From positions 1 to 45,178 of the IMG/VR virus record IMGVR_UViG_3300040733_000068: a stretch of DNA of 45,178 nucleotides; one strand, 5' to 3'. Source of the DNA: a virus (taxonomy: Duplodnaviria; Caudoviricetes). The position numbers and the translations under genes are program-made. How positions within the stretch are numbered: the first letter of the stretch is position 1; each line of letters starts with the position of its first letter. Below are positions 1 to 8,606 of this stretch, piece after piece. Below the pieces are notes generated by a model, which worked only from the letters and a program-made list of their open reading frames with translations, was not told the DNA's origin and did no database searches.

Positions 1-1549
1 GGTCGTATTCGGCCTGAAGCTCGGCGAGCTCCTTCTTCGCGTCGGCGAGGTTCTTCTCGTCCTTCTTCTGCTGCCGTTCGTTCTCGGCGAGGGCGTCGGT
101 ATACCGGTCGACCGAATCGACCGCGCTCTCGTACTGCTCCTGCAGGCGCTCGATCGCCTCCTTGTGGTCCTTCGTCGCCTCGTCGAGGATCGAGGTGTCG
201 GAGGACGCGGCTTTATACGCGGCTTCGAGCTCGGCGACCGTCTTGACGGCGCTCGCGATCTCCTTCGCGAGATCCGCTTGATTCTCTTTGGCCTCGGCGA
301 TCTGTTCGGTGTAGTCGTCGAGTTGGTCGCGGGCGGACCTGAGCGAGTCCGCAGCGGTCTCCACGGCCTCGGCGCACTGCTTCTGAGCGGCGGCAAAGAC
401 CGAGGTATCGGATAGGCTTTTCTGGTACGCGGTCCCGAGCTCCGCAACCGTCCTCTTCGCCGCTTCGTACTCCTGGGTGAGCTCGGCGAACCGGGCCTCA
501 TTCTCGGCGATACTGTTATTGAGCCCCGCGATCGTCTCCTGCAGGGATGCAATCGACGACGAAAGCCCCTCGGCGGTGGTCGAGAGCGTCGTATACGTCT
601 GCTGATATTCGGAGAGGTCTCCGGCCGCCTGTTCGCTCTGCAGGTCCGCGAGGTCCTCCTGAGCCTGTGCGATCTGCTTCGAGTAGTCGGCGATCGCGTT
701 CTTCGTCGCGGAAAGCTGGTCTTCGAGGGAGGCGATCGCCTGTTCCGCGCTTTCGACCTCCGAGACCAATCGCTCGTGTTCGGTCGCGTTCTCCTCGATC
801 GCCTTCTCGTAGGATTCGACGGAGCTCTGTGCCGCGCTGATGGCCTCTTTCAGGTAAGTGATCGCCCGGCGACCCGAGATCCCCCGGTCCTCGAAGGCCA
901 TCATGATCGTCATGAGGTCCTCCATGGTGATCCCGAGGTCCGCGAGGTCCGGACCGACCCGCTTCACAGCGGTCGACCACTCGTCAATCCCGACGTTCCC
1001 CTGGCGGAACATCGCCGTGAAGAGGTCCGCGTGTTCAGGGAAGTCCTCGAGCTCCTCGTTGAAGGCGTTGAAGGACTGAACCCCAACCGTCGCGATCTGA
1101 TTCGCCGCCTTGCCGGTCGCGTCGCCGACGTCATCCATGGACTGAGCGACGGTCTTCATGCTCGCGACCGATTCCAGTTCGGCGCGGGAAAGCACATCGA
1201 ACGTCGAGGAGACCTCACTCAGCCGAAATGAGACGTCATCGATCTGTGTCGCGGCGTTTCGGATCTCGGCGGTCGTCGCGTTGATGGACAGGCCGGCGGT
1301 GGTGAATTCGGAATTGAGCTGGCGGGCTCCGGCGGTCAGCACCGTATAGGCGGCGCTCACTGCGGCCATGGCTCCGCCAACCGCGATCGCAGCGGTCCGG
1401 GCGCGGGACGCAAAGGATTCCGTCGCGGCCGCGGCTTGACCGGCGGCGGTTCCCACGCCCTTGAGGTTCGTCTGAGCCTGGGCGGTCCCCTGCCGGGTGT
1501 CGTCACGGGCGAAAATGGAGAAGACGAGGTTATACAGTTCGGACGACAT
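1..1549 (-). CDS. Tail tape measure protein (N-terminal part, truncated by window edge; missing from ORF track)
   Basis: My translation from ATG at 1549 (MSSELYNLVFSIFARDDTRQGTAQAQTNLKGVGTAAGQAAAA...) is Ala-rich, contains a TMP-like segment (VKRVGPDLADLGITMEDL...GISGRRAITYLKEAIS) and a long coiled coil, and stays open to position 1. It follows the tail tube and TAC genes. Confidence 0.88.
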   Translation of the reverse strand, partial: MSSELYNLVFSIFARDDTRQGTAQAQTNLKGVGTAAGQAAAATESFASRARTAAIAVGGAMAAVSAAYTVLTAGARQLNSEFTTAGLSINATTAEIRNAATQIDDVSFRLSEVSSTFDVLSRAELESVASMKTVAQSMDDVGDATGKAANQIATVGVQSFNAFNEELEDFPEHADLFTAMFRQGNVGIDEWSTAVKRVGPDLADLGITMEDLMTIMMAFEDRGISGRRAITYLKEAISAAQSSVESYEKAIEENATEHERLVSEVESAEQAIASLEDQLSATKNAIADYSKQIAQAQEDLADLQSEQAAGDLSEYQQTYTTLSTTAEGLSSSIASLQETIAGLNNSIAENEARFAELTQEYEAAKRTVAELGTAYQKSLSDTSVFAAAQKQCAEAVETAADSLRSARDQLDDYTEQIAEAKENQADLAKEIASAVKTVAELEAAYKAASSDTSILDEATKDHKEAIERLQEQYESAVDSVDRYTDALAENERQQKKDEKNLADAKKELAELQAEYD

Positions 1550-1685
1550 TCGCGGGCTCCAGGTCGTAGATCGTCATCCAATACGTTCGCGTCTCGGAGG
1601 AGAGCGCGCCAAACGATTCGAAATCGGCTAGGCCGAGATCATGGAGCATCTGGCCCGCTCGTCTGCCTACCGGGGTCATCGAGAA
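1530..1685 (-). CDS. Putative +1 frameshift extension of tail assembly chaperone (G-T type), or independent 49-aa ORF from ATG 1679
   Basis: The +1 frame after TTT-C (1686-1683) reads FSMTPVGRRAGQMLHDLGLADFESFGALSSETRTYWMTIYDLEPANVVRTV*. It fills the TAC-TMP gap and overlaps the TMP start. Confidence 0.6.
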   Translation of the reverse strand, partial: FSMTPVGRRAGQMLHDLGLADFESFGALSSETRTYWMTIYDLEPANVVRTV

Positions 1686-2298
1686 AGGTCCGGGCGTGGC
1701 GTCGGTCCTCCAGGATGCCTTTTACGTGGTCGGCTACGGCCGCCACCATCGATCGGAAGTCCTCGGTGGCGTACGCGTCCGGGTGCTCCTGGAGCCAGGC
1801 GACCGTGATCGCCGGGTTTGCCGTGACCGTCGCGACCATACTCCGCGCGATCTCGCCCTGCCGATCGACCTCTCCCTGTATCGGGGGGGTGATCTCGATA
1901 GGCCGGCCCGCTTCGTCGCGGATGATATGGCTCTGCACGATCGCGACCGACTCCCGGATGAGGGCGGCGGTCTCGTTGAGCTCCTGCTCCGACAGATGTG
2001 TTCTCAGCCGGATCAGGGGGCTGTCGGGATCCTCGGGGTCGAGCGGCACCTCCACCGATTTCGTCCGGACGCGAGAGACGAGGGCGGCGAGCTCGTTCCG
2101 TGCCCACTCGTCGAGGTCCTTCTCTATGCGGGCCTGCTCGGCGCGGGCGGCCTCCTCTTCGGCTCGGCGCCGGTCGCGGGCGGGCTGAGACGCCTTGAAC
2201 AGGAATTTCGCCTGCTCTGCCGGGGACATGGACTCCATGTCCGGCGGGGTGGTGGTAGGGGTCTCCGGAGAGACCTGAGCGCGGGTTCGCTTTGCCAT
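1639..2298 (-). CDS. Tail assembly chaperone
   Basis: Lies between tail tube and TMP; helical, acidic 219-aa protein; SD GAAGGTGAGGG upstream. Confidence 0.7.
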   Translation of the reverse strand: MAKRTRAQVSPETPTTTPPDMESMSPAEQAKFLFKASQPARDRRRAEEEAARAEQARIEKDLDEWARNELAALVSRVRTKSVEVPLDPEDPDSPLIRLRTHLSEQELNETAALIRESVAIVQSHIIRDEAGRPIEITPPIQGEVDRQGEIARSMVATVTANPAITVAWLQEHPDAYATEDFRSMVAAVADHVKGILEDRRHARTFLDDPGRQTSGPDAP

Positions 2299-2307
2299 CC
2301 CTCACCT

Positions 2308-3090
2308 TCAGACGTTCGTCTCTTCGAACGTGATATCCCGGTCGGGGTCCTCGATCGCGAACTTTGTCGTCGGCTCCATGAGCGCGGACGCGCCGCCCTT
2401 CATACTGAAATCGTGCGTGATCGGCCACGTGTTGGCGATCGTGAGGATGCCCCTCAGCCCGGCGGAGTTCGTCGCCTGCATCACGACGACCATCCGCTTC
2501 GACTTCGGCGACGGCTTCGCGGTCCTCCCGCCGACGATCGAGGAGATCGACATGGTTCCGCCTGCCTGCACATAATCAGCGGACGAGGCAAATTCGACGG
2601 TCTTGAAGAAGCCCTTTGACCGAACAGCTCCGTTCGTCGCCATGACCGGGACGACGATGACCTCGGCTTTCGGCTTGTCGTTGACGTCCGTGCCCGTGAG
2701 GGTGATCGTCCCGGCGGTCGTCACCGGTGCGGCGAGGGCCTTGAGCTCGATCCTCGATGCGGTCCCGCAGCTGGCGAGCGTCATCTCCGTGAGCTCGGGG
2801 GTAGTGGTCGGGTCGCCGATCCCGGCGTGGAGCGTGTGCGCTTCGCCAACGGTCGGTGCGTCGGTCATGACGGCGAAGAACAGATCGAATCCCGACTGAA
2901 TGTACTTCAGTGAGAATTCGGGGTTGTACGGGCCATCATACTGCAGTTCGGCCGACTTCCCGATCACGGCGCGCTTCAGGGGCTCGCGCGTGGCGGTATA
3001 GTTGGCCTCCTGGATCACTTCGATCAGAACGTCGTCGATGAGGATCGCGCCGTCCTTTCCGCTGAAATATTCGTTGGGGTCCATTGTCAT
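2308..3090 (-). CDS. Major tail (tube) protein with central inserted beta-rich domain
   Basis: N-terminal FSGKDGAILIDDVLIEVIQEANYTATRE tube-like strand pattern; C-terminal WPITHDFSMKGG; canonical position; SD GGAGG. Confidence 0.8.
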   Translation of the reverse strand: MTMDPNEYFSGKDGAILIDDVLIEVIQEANYTATREPLKRAVIGKSAELQYDGPYNPEFSLKYIQSGFDLFFAVMTDAPTVGEAHTLHAGIGDPTTTPELTEMTLASCGTASRIELKALAAPVTTAGTITLTGTDVNDKPKAEVIVVPVMATNGAVRSKGFFKTVEFASSADYVQAGGTMSISSIVGGRTAKPSPKSKRMVVVMQATNSAGLRGILTIANTWPITHDFSMKGGASALMEPTTKFAIEDPDRDITFEETNV

Positions 3091-3102
3091 GGTGATTTCC
3101 TC

Positions 3103-3519
3103 CTAGGGGGTGTCTCGAATTCGATACTCGAACGCGTACCGGGCGGTCGCGTGGAAGAGGTCGCGGCGGTCCGGGTCGCGTTTGGGGGCCATGCCTCCGG
3201 CTCGACGCAATCGCCTGAGCGAGCGGAGCCCCGTGAAGACCACGGGATCGAGCCGGTCGGCGAGATCGCCGGCGAGCTCGGGCGAAAACGCCCATACGTC
3301 GATCTGGACCGTCTCGGCGGCATCGCGGAGCCCGCTCTGCTGATAGCCGAAACCGGGCTCCGAGGTGTTCGTGTCCCCGCCGGAGAGGTAGATGCCGGGG
3401 ATCCGTTCGTGCTGCGAGAGGTGCCCGAATCGGATCCGGTCCGGCCCCCCGAGCCGCTCGCGGAGCGTGGGATCGGCATCGAGGGCCGCCAGGAAGGCGG
3501 CGATTGTGTCGTTCGTCAT
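3103..3519 (-). CDS. Tail terminator / tail completion protein (DUF3168-like)
   Basis: Likely start MTNDTIAAFL at 3519 (ATGA overlap with upstream stop); motifs ALDADPTL, VQIDVWA, LFHATARYAFEY. Confidence 0.8.
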   Translation of the reverse strand: MTNDTIAAFLAALDADPTLRERLGGPDRIRFGHLSQHERIPGIYLSGGDTNTSEPGFGYQQSGLRDAAETVQIDVWAFSPELAGDLADRLDPVVFTGLRSLRRLRRAGGMAPKRDPDRRDLFHATARYAFEYRIRDTP

Positions 3520-3983
3520 TGCCGTCCCCCCGCCCTTTTCAGGCCCCGGACGACCGATGCCGAGATCAGTTTGAGGAAGTTGCCCCCCTGCATCATCGCC
3601 GCATCGTAGAGGAACGGCCGTCCCTCCATGAGGGCGGTCCCCTCGTGGACGTGCACGTTGTACTCCGATTGGCTGTTCCCGACCCGGCCGACGATCTGGG
3701 TCTTCGAGCCGTTCTCGGTCTTCTCGACCCATCCGTGATTGGCTCGCGCGAGGTGCCCCTCCTGACGGGGAGGCGTCTCGTACGGGCACGGGAGATAGGG
3801 CGAGTTCGGGATGTCCGCCGGTGCGGGGCCGTCGACTCCGGAGATATACCCGCAGTTGACCTTGGCCTGACCCTCCCCGAGGAGCACGCACTGGTTCATG
3901 CCCTGCTCGAGATCGGCGACGATCGCCCCGGGTACGTTGTCGAGCAGCCGGATCGCCTCATCGGTCGTGAGCGTCCGGGCCAT
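3516..3983 (-). CDS. HK97 gp10-like neck/tail component
   Basis: Start MARTLTT at 3983; GHLARAN...VGNSQSEYNVHVHEGTALMEGRPFLYDA matches the gp10-family pattern (TG.LR.S...Y..yVE.GT..M..RPFL). Confidence 0.78.
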   Translation of the reverse strand: MARTLTTDEAIRLLDNVPGAIVADLEQGMNQCVLLGEGQAKVNCGYISGVDGPAPADIPNSPYLPCPYETPPRQEGHLARANHGWVEKTENGSKTQIVGRVGNSQSEYNVHVHEGTALMEGRPFLYDAAMMQGGNFLKLISASVVRGLKRAGGRQ

Positions 3984-4273
3984 CAGCGACCTCCGAAGAG
4001 ATACGGGGAGATGAACTGCCATGCGGCAGTCACGGTCACCGCGATCCCGGCCAGCTTGCCCGTCGTGTAGGCGTTCGCTGTCCTGAGGGTCTTGACATCA
4101 TCCTGCAGCCCCAGTACGGCGGGACAGGGGCATTCCCCGAAGCGGTCGGCGAGTCCGTCCACCTTGATCGAGAGCTTATCCACGGCCTTGGTGAGCCCGT
4201 CGACCTTCTCATCGGTCCGGATGATCGTCTCGATCGTCTTCCGGTCGAAGGGCAGATCGTCGGCAGGGGTCAC
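3983..4273 (-). CDS. Small coiled-coil protein with C-terminal hydrophobic helix (holin/XhlA-like)
   Basis: Heptad segment DEKVDGLTKAVDKLSIKVDGL followed by hydrophobic LAGIAVTVTAAWQFISPYLF; translationally coupled to neighbours. Confidence 0.5.
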   Translation of the reverse strand: MTPADDLPFDRKTIETIIRTDEKVDGLTKAVDKLSIKVDGLADRFGECPCPAVLGLQDDVKTLRTANAYTTGKLAGIAVTVTAAWQFISPYLFGGR

Positions 4274-4845
4274 GAGTCCGTCACCCCCGCAAGCTCGTAC
4301 TCATAGTGATGGGGCTTTCCGTTGCCTCCCTTCCGGGTCGCCGCGGCGGCGATCTCATACGTCCCTTCATACCCGACGTCGATCGTTCTGATCCGCTGTT
4401 CATGAGGGGACGCGGGAACCGGCAGCATAACCATCCGGATCTTCCGGACGGTCTCGCCGGCGGGGGTGACGATCGCGGGATAGAGGGATTTCTCGTAGAA
4501 GCTCGCCCGGACGGGTTTCGTTCCGGGGCTCCAGTGGTAATCCGGGCTGCCGAGCTTCCCTTTGATCGGGACCTGGGGACCGCCGGCCGTGGCGGCCCCG
4601 ATCGTCGAGGAGAGGGATTCATCCTCGGCGAACGTGCCCGTGACCGAGTAGAGGGTGAGGGTCCCGGCGGCGGTCCCGGCGGCCCAGCTCCCGGAGGCGA
4701 GGTCGAGGACGAGGACCGTTCCGGCGGCCCGGCTGGTCGTCCCGGTCACGACCTCGCCGACCGTGAAGGCGGCGGTTCCGGCATTGAACGCGAGCCGCTG
4801 TTTCGGACTCCGCGTCAGGATCGTGACCCGGTGGGGAAGGTTCAT
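4270..4845 (-). CDS. Head closure / head-tail joining protein with inserted beta domain
   Basis: N-terminal MNLPHRVTILTR and C-terminal HHYEYEL are typical of head-closure proteins; position after the adaptor gene. Confidence 0.7.
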   Translation of the reverse strand: MNLPHRVTILTRSPKQRLAFNAGTAAFTVGEVVTGTTSRAAGTVLVLDLASGSWAAGTAAGTLTLYSVTGTFAEDESLSSTIGAATAGGPQVPIKGKLGSPDYHWSPGTKPVRASFYEKSLYPAIVTPAGETVRKIRMVMLPVPASPHEQRIRTIDVGYEGTYEIAAAATRKGGNGKPHHYEYELAGVTDS

Positions 4846-5240
4846 CCGACCCCCGGAAGCTTCTGATCGGAGAGCGCAAACGCCTTCGAGGCTCGGGCGT
4901 CCACTCGGGTAACTCCGCTCGACGGCTGTACCGAGGCTTTACCGAGGAGGGCACGATACGCAACAAGCCAGGAGGTTTCTCCGGCGGCGGTCGCGCGGGT
5001 GCCCTGCCAGTCTCCGGATCGCTCGGTCGAATACTCGCCTGCTCCGCTCTTCTTCCGGGCGATCCGGTGACAGATGAGGAGGGCGACCGCCTCATCGGCC
5101 GTGACACCGACCAGGCCGGGGTTCTCCTCCTCGAAGTCCGCGAGCGCCTGCGCGAGATACCGGGCGAACTGTGCCGAGGTGAAATCGACTCCCTCGACGT
5201 ATTCGCTGATAATCTCCACGAGGGCGGCGTCGGCGGTCAT
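4842..5240 (-). CDS. Head-tail adaptor (connector) protein
   Basis: Helical 132-aa protein with AVALLICHRI...YSTERSGDW...TSWLVAYRALL adaptor-like pattern; follows the MCP. Confidence 0.7.
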   Translation of the reverse strand: MTADAALVEIISEYVEGVDFTSAQFARYLAQALADFEEENPGLVGVTADEAVALLICHRIARKKSGAGEYSTERSGDWQGTRATAAGETSWLVAYRALLGKASVQPSSGVTRVDARASKAFALSDQKLPGVG

Positions 5241-5249
5241 GATCCCCCG

Positions 5250-5459
5250 TTACCGCTTCCGCTCCTTCGGCTTCGGCTCGGGCGCTTCGAGGGTTTCGAG
5301 GAACGCGGCGGCCTTCGCGTCGAGCCTGCTCGTTCCGGCCGGGACCGGCACGGCTCGACCGCCGAGGGACGCGACGACCTCCGGAGGGAGGTCGACGGGG
5401 ACCCCCTTCGGGTACTTCACCCCCTCGAATCCCACGTTGCACGAACAGATCACGAGCAT
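5250..5459 (-). CDS. Small virion-assembly accessory protein
   Basis: 69 aa directly after the MCP; GVKYPKGVPVDLPPEVVASL pattern is common in post-capsid small proteins. Confidence 0.55.
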   Translation of the reverse strand: MLVICSCNVGFEGVKYPKGVPVDLPPEVVASLGGRAVPVPAGTSRLDAKAAAFLETLEAPEPKPKERKR

Positions 5460-5468
5460 GCGGACCCC

Positions 5469-6359
5469 TCAGATCTGGGTGAGGCTGCAGATCCCGGCCG
5501 CCTGCTTGATCTTCAGGATCGTCATGCAGTAGACCCGGCCATAGATCGGGCTCGTCTCCTCGTCCTTCGAGTCCATCCCGAGCGTGGTGCGATAGTCGCG
5601 CGGGATCACCAGCTCGATGAACCGGCGGGCGGGGTCGACGGGGGAGAGGATGCCGGTTCCGGCGGCCCGTGCCTTGGTGGAGATGATCCGGCCCGTGGTC
5701 CCGCCCTTGGGGTTGAGCATTTCGAGGATCTCGGGCTCCTCCCGGATGCCGTTCGCCGACCGGCTCGCCCGGAGCTCGTTCCGCTGCACGGGGTTGAGCA
5801 CGAGGTTGTAGGCGTCTGCGGCGGCGCTGTCGTCCTCGACGAGGGCGAACGCCCCGGCTACGGCGTCGGTCGCGTTGCCGTAGGTGCCGAAGTCCTTCGA
5901 GGTCGTGAAGGAATTCCCGGCACCGTCGAACAGCCCCGTGATCTTCGTGTTGGTGCCGTCGGGCTTCCAGCCGTTGATGATGAGGTTGTCCTCTTTCTCC
6001 CCGACCACCTGGGCGGCGGAGATGGCCACTGTGGTATCGAGCGGCTTCTTTCCTTCGCTCGCCTGCCAGATGTCGAAGTCGGCGCGCTGGATCTCGAACG
6101 CCTTATCCAGCACCGGGACCTTCAGGGTCTCCCGAGTCGTCGTGATCGAGTCGCGGGCGGCGTCCGGGCGGGGGAGGGAATACGAGACCGTCGCGGCGCT
6201 GAGCTCGCCGATCCTGTGGTGCTCGACCTCGAAGACGTCATCCCCCTTGAGGAAGGGGTTCACGTAGGCGAGCTGCCGGCCGACGAGCTGCTGACGCAGG
6301 GGCTCGATCATCTCCTGATCGATCTTCCTGCCGAGGGTGCGAAGCACAGAATCAGCCAT
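5469..6359 (-). CDS. Major capsid protein, HK97 fold, encapsulin/Linocin-M18-like
   Basis: 296 aa; LRQQLVGRQL, VPVLDKAFEI, PLDTTVAISAAQVVGEKEDNLIING, YNLVLNP resemble family-1 encapsulin/MCP motifs; canonical position. Confidence 0.88.
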   Translation of the reverse strand: MADSVLRTLGRKIDQEMIEPLRQQLVGRQLAYVNPFLKGDDVFEVEHHRIGELSAATVSYSLPRPDAARDSITTTRETLKVPVLDKAFEIQRADFDIWQASEGKKPLDTTVAISAAQVVGEKEDNLIINGWKPDGTNTKITGLFDGAGNSFTTSKDFGTYGNATDAVAGAFALVEDDSAAADAYNLVLNPVQRNELRASRSANGIREEPEILEMLNPKGGTTGRIISTKARAAGTGILSPVDPARRFIELVIPRDYRTTLGMDSKDEETSPIYGRVYCMTILKIKQAAGICSLTQI

Positions 6360-6360
6360 G

Positions 6361-6906
6361 TTAGATCAGGCTCCTGACGAGGATGTTGGCGGCCGTGCTG
6401 GTCGTGGTCACCGTCTCCTCTGCGATCGCGACGACCGGGAGGGCTCCGACGTCGCCGGACATGGTGATCGCGGGCTTTGCGGAGGTCGACGTGACCGGGG
6501 TCGTATCGCCCGTGCTGCCGGGGACCACTCCCGCGATCGCGGTCGCCTTCTGCAGCATGCCATCGGCGGCGGGAACGAGCCGATCGCCCTTCACGATCGT
6601 CTGCGAGGCTGCGAGCTTCGCGTTAGGGATGAATCCCCCGCCTCGAATGACCGGGGCCTCGTCTCCGGCCTCGTAGATCGTTCCCACGGTCGCCGGGCGG
6701 TAGGCGTCGCCCTGCTCGTACCCGAGCCAGCCGATCGGGGTCCCCTCGGCACCGTTCACGACGATATCGCGGTCGGTGGTGCCGCGCTTCACGAGTCGCC
6801 CGGCGTACATGTTCGTCGCCGTCTCGACGTTGTGCGGTGTGACGATCGGAGGCGTGCCGAACGCGACGCACTTACCCGTGGGAACGGGGATGCCGGTATC
6901 GACCAT
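6361..6906 (-). CDS. Capsid decoration/cement protein
   Basis: MYAGRLVKRG...PIGWLG...IVKGDRLVPAADG...VVAIAEE beta-tulip-like pattern; lies between scaffold and MCP. Confidence 0.72.
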   Translation of the reverse strand: MVDTGIPVPTGKCVAFGTPPIVTPHNVETATNMYAGRLVKRGTTDRDIVVNGAEGTPIGWLGYEQGDAYRPATVGTIYEAGDEAPVIRGGGFIPNAKLAASQTIVKGDRLVPAADGMLQKATAIAGVVPGSTGDTTPVTSTSAKPAITMSGDVGALPVVAIAEETVTTTSTAANILVRSLI

Positions 6907-8357
6907 CAGCTATACCCCCCGGTCTTCGGGTCGAGTCCGCCGACCGTGGACGACCTCGCCTCGGTGTTCATCACGCCCACCTGCTGATGCCCCGTTGTCC
7001 CGGTCACTCCCGACCGGTCGATGAGCATCGACGGCAGGCGCTTCATCAGCCCCGAAAGGTTGTTCGTGAACTCGGTGCGGAGGGCCTGCCGGTCTTCCGG
7101 CTTTTCGTAAAAGGCCGGTTGGACCATCTGGAGGAACTGTTCGAAGTCCGCATCCTCCTGCTTCTGCCGGAACTCGGCGAGCCGGGTTTTCAGCGTCGTC
7201 AGTTCGGCGTCCCTGTTCGTCAGCTCCTGGTCTTTGTTCGTCAGCTGGACCCGGAGATCGGCGATCTCCTTGTCCCTGTTCGTGATCTCGTCGAGCCGGT
7301 CGGCGGCCTGCTTGTTCGCCAGCGCCAGCTCCCGCTCGTAATCAGGCTTGTTCATCTGGTCTGCTCCTTCGGTGTTCCGGACCGGGGCGGCCTGGTCCTC
7401 GTCTGCAGTCGGTACAAAGGTCTCTTCGACCGGGATCGGCTCTCCGAACGAATACGCCCCGTTTTCGAGCGTATAGGGAACCTGATAGGTCGCATCGTCC
7501 CCGCAACAGTAGCGGAAGATCACGGACTCCGGGAAGGTCGCGATGATGTCGAGCCATCCTGGGGTGCCGTCGCTCCACCGGGGATTGATTAGCCGGGTGA
7601 GGGCCTCGCGGATCCGGTCTTTCCGAGCTTCGAGGGACAGGCTCAGATCGATCGGGGTTGCTCCGGTATCGATCCGATTCTTCTGTTCCTTCGGGCTCTC
7701 TTCCTCCGGATCGAGGTCCTCGCCCGTCATCTCCTTGAAGAGGGACACGAACCCCTTGAGAATCGAACGTAGTTTGCCGGTGTTCCCGGTCGAAACGACC
7801 TTGCCGGCCTGTGTCAGTGCATCCATCGGTGCTCCGGTTTTGTTCAGGATCACGGCTCCCGGATCGCGGGGCATCGAAACCCCCGCTTTTTCCTCGAAAA
7901 CAAGGACGTGATGCGGAGCCGGGGGGCTGGTCACCGCCCCGGCCTGGACCCGAGCGCGGAACGCGGTCGAGAGCGAGAGCGTCCCGTCCTCACAGAGGTG
8001 TTCGACCTCGGCATCTCCCCCGAAATCGAGGTGTCCCATGAGTCGGGGATGCCCCGCGATCTCGAGCGCGGGATCGCGGACGGGTCCGAGACGCCTCCCT
8101 CCGATCCGCTCGAGCTCGGCCTCGGGATCCTCGTCGTAGGCGTCGAGGTCGGGGTGTTCGTCCGCGAAGATGATCGGGATCCCGTCCCAATCACTCACGG
8201 TCGGCTCGAACTGCTCGGCGGGGAATTCGACCCCTCCAATCTCCCGATCGAGGAGCTGGAGAATCGCGAGATGGGACCCGGCCTCCAGTCGGGCCTTGTG
8301 GGTCAGAACGGTCGAAACACTCGTGGCCGACGGAAAAACCGCCGCGCTGCCGGGCAT
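6906..8357 (-). CDS. Prohead protease-scaffold fusion
   Basis: Likely start MPGSAAV at 8357. N-terminal WDGIPIIFADEHPD...LSLSTAF...HHVLVF is prohead-protease-like, followed by a middle domain YQVPYT...FGEPIPVEETF and a C-terminal coiled-coil scaffold. Confidence 0.75.
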   Translation of the reverse strand: MPGSAAVFPSATSVSTVLTHKARLEAGSHLAILQLLDREIGGVEFPAEQFEPTVSDWDGIPIIFADEHPDLDAYDEDPEAELERIGGRRLGPVRDPALEIAGHPRLMGHLDFGGDAEVEHLCEDGTLSLSTAFRARVQAGAVTSPPAPHHVLVFEEKAGVSMPRDPGAVILNKTGAPMDALTQAGKVVSTGNTGKLRSILKGFVSLFKEMTGEDLDPEEESPKEQKNRIDTGATPIDLSLSLEARKDRIREALTRLINPRWSDGTPGWLDIIATFPESVIFRYCCGDDATYQVPYTLENGAYSFGEPIPVEETFVPTADEDQAAPVRNTEGADQMNKPDYERELALANKQAADRLDEITNRDKEIADLRVQLTNKDQELTNRDAELTTLKTRLAEFRQKQEDADFEQFLQMVQPAFYEKPEDRQALRTEFTNNLSGLMKRLPSMLIDRSGVTGTTGHQQVGVMNTEARSSTVGGLDPKTGGYS

Positions 8358-8375
8358 GTACCGTATACACAATCA

Positions 8376-8392
8376 GGGGCTCACTACATTTT
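8376..8392 (-). promoter_or_regulatory. Putative late promoter motif AAAATGTAGTGAGCCCC (capsid/tail operon)
   Basis: 16/17 identical to 26897-26913; both copies lie exactly 18 nt before the first ATG of a late operon. Confidence 0.7.
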
Positions 8393-8606
8393 GTGGTATT
8401 TTAAAGGAGTGATAATAGTCGAGAGAGAGAAAGAAGAGTGGGGAATGGGCGATTCTCGCATGAAAAATCAAGAAGTACTCCTTTTTTTGGGTTCCGTACA
8501 ATGAGAATAGAAGAGTGCGCATGAGATTCACTGAGTGGGGGGGGTGTCGCCGTTCCGAGGGCCGCCCGTTTAGCGCGATCATCTCCACAGGGGACGGGAT
8601 GCGGTA

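Noticed and set aside
517-527. Partial match (TATTGAGCCCC) to the late-promoter motif
   Set aside because: Lies inside the TMP coding sequence on the opposite strand and lacks the AAAATG half; probably chance.
164-8504. Many long plus-strand ORFs (e.g. 5067-6377, 1696-2619) opposite structural genes; likewise 21464-23179, 24924-25985, 32859-34139 and 38529-40721
   Set aside because: Antisense shadows of high-GC coding genes: Arg/Gly/Pro-rich, no motifs, and fully overlapping well-supported minus-strand genes.
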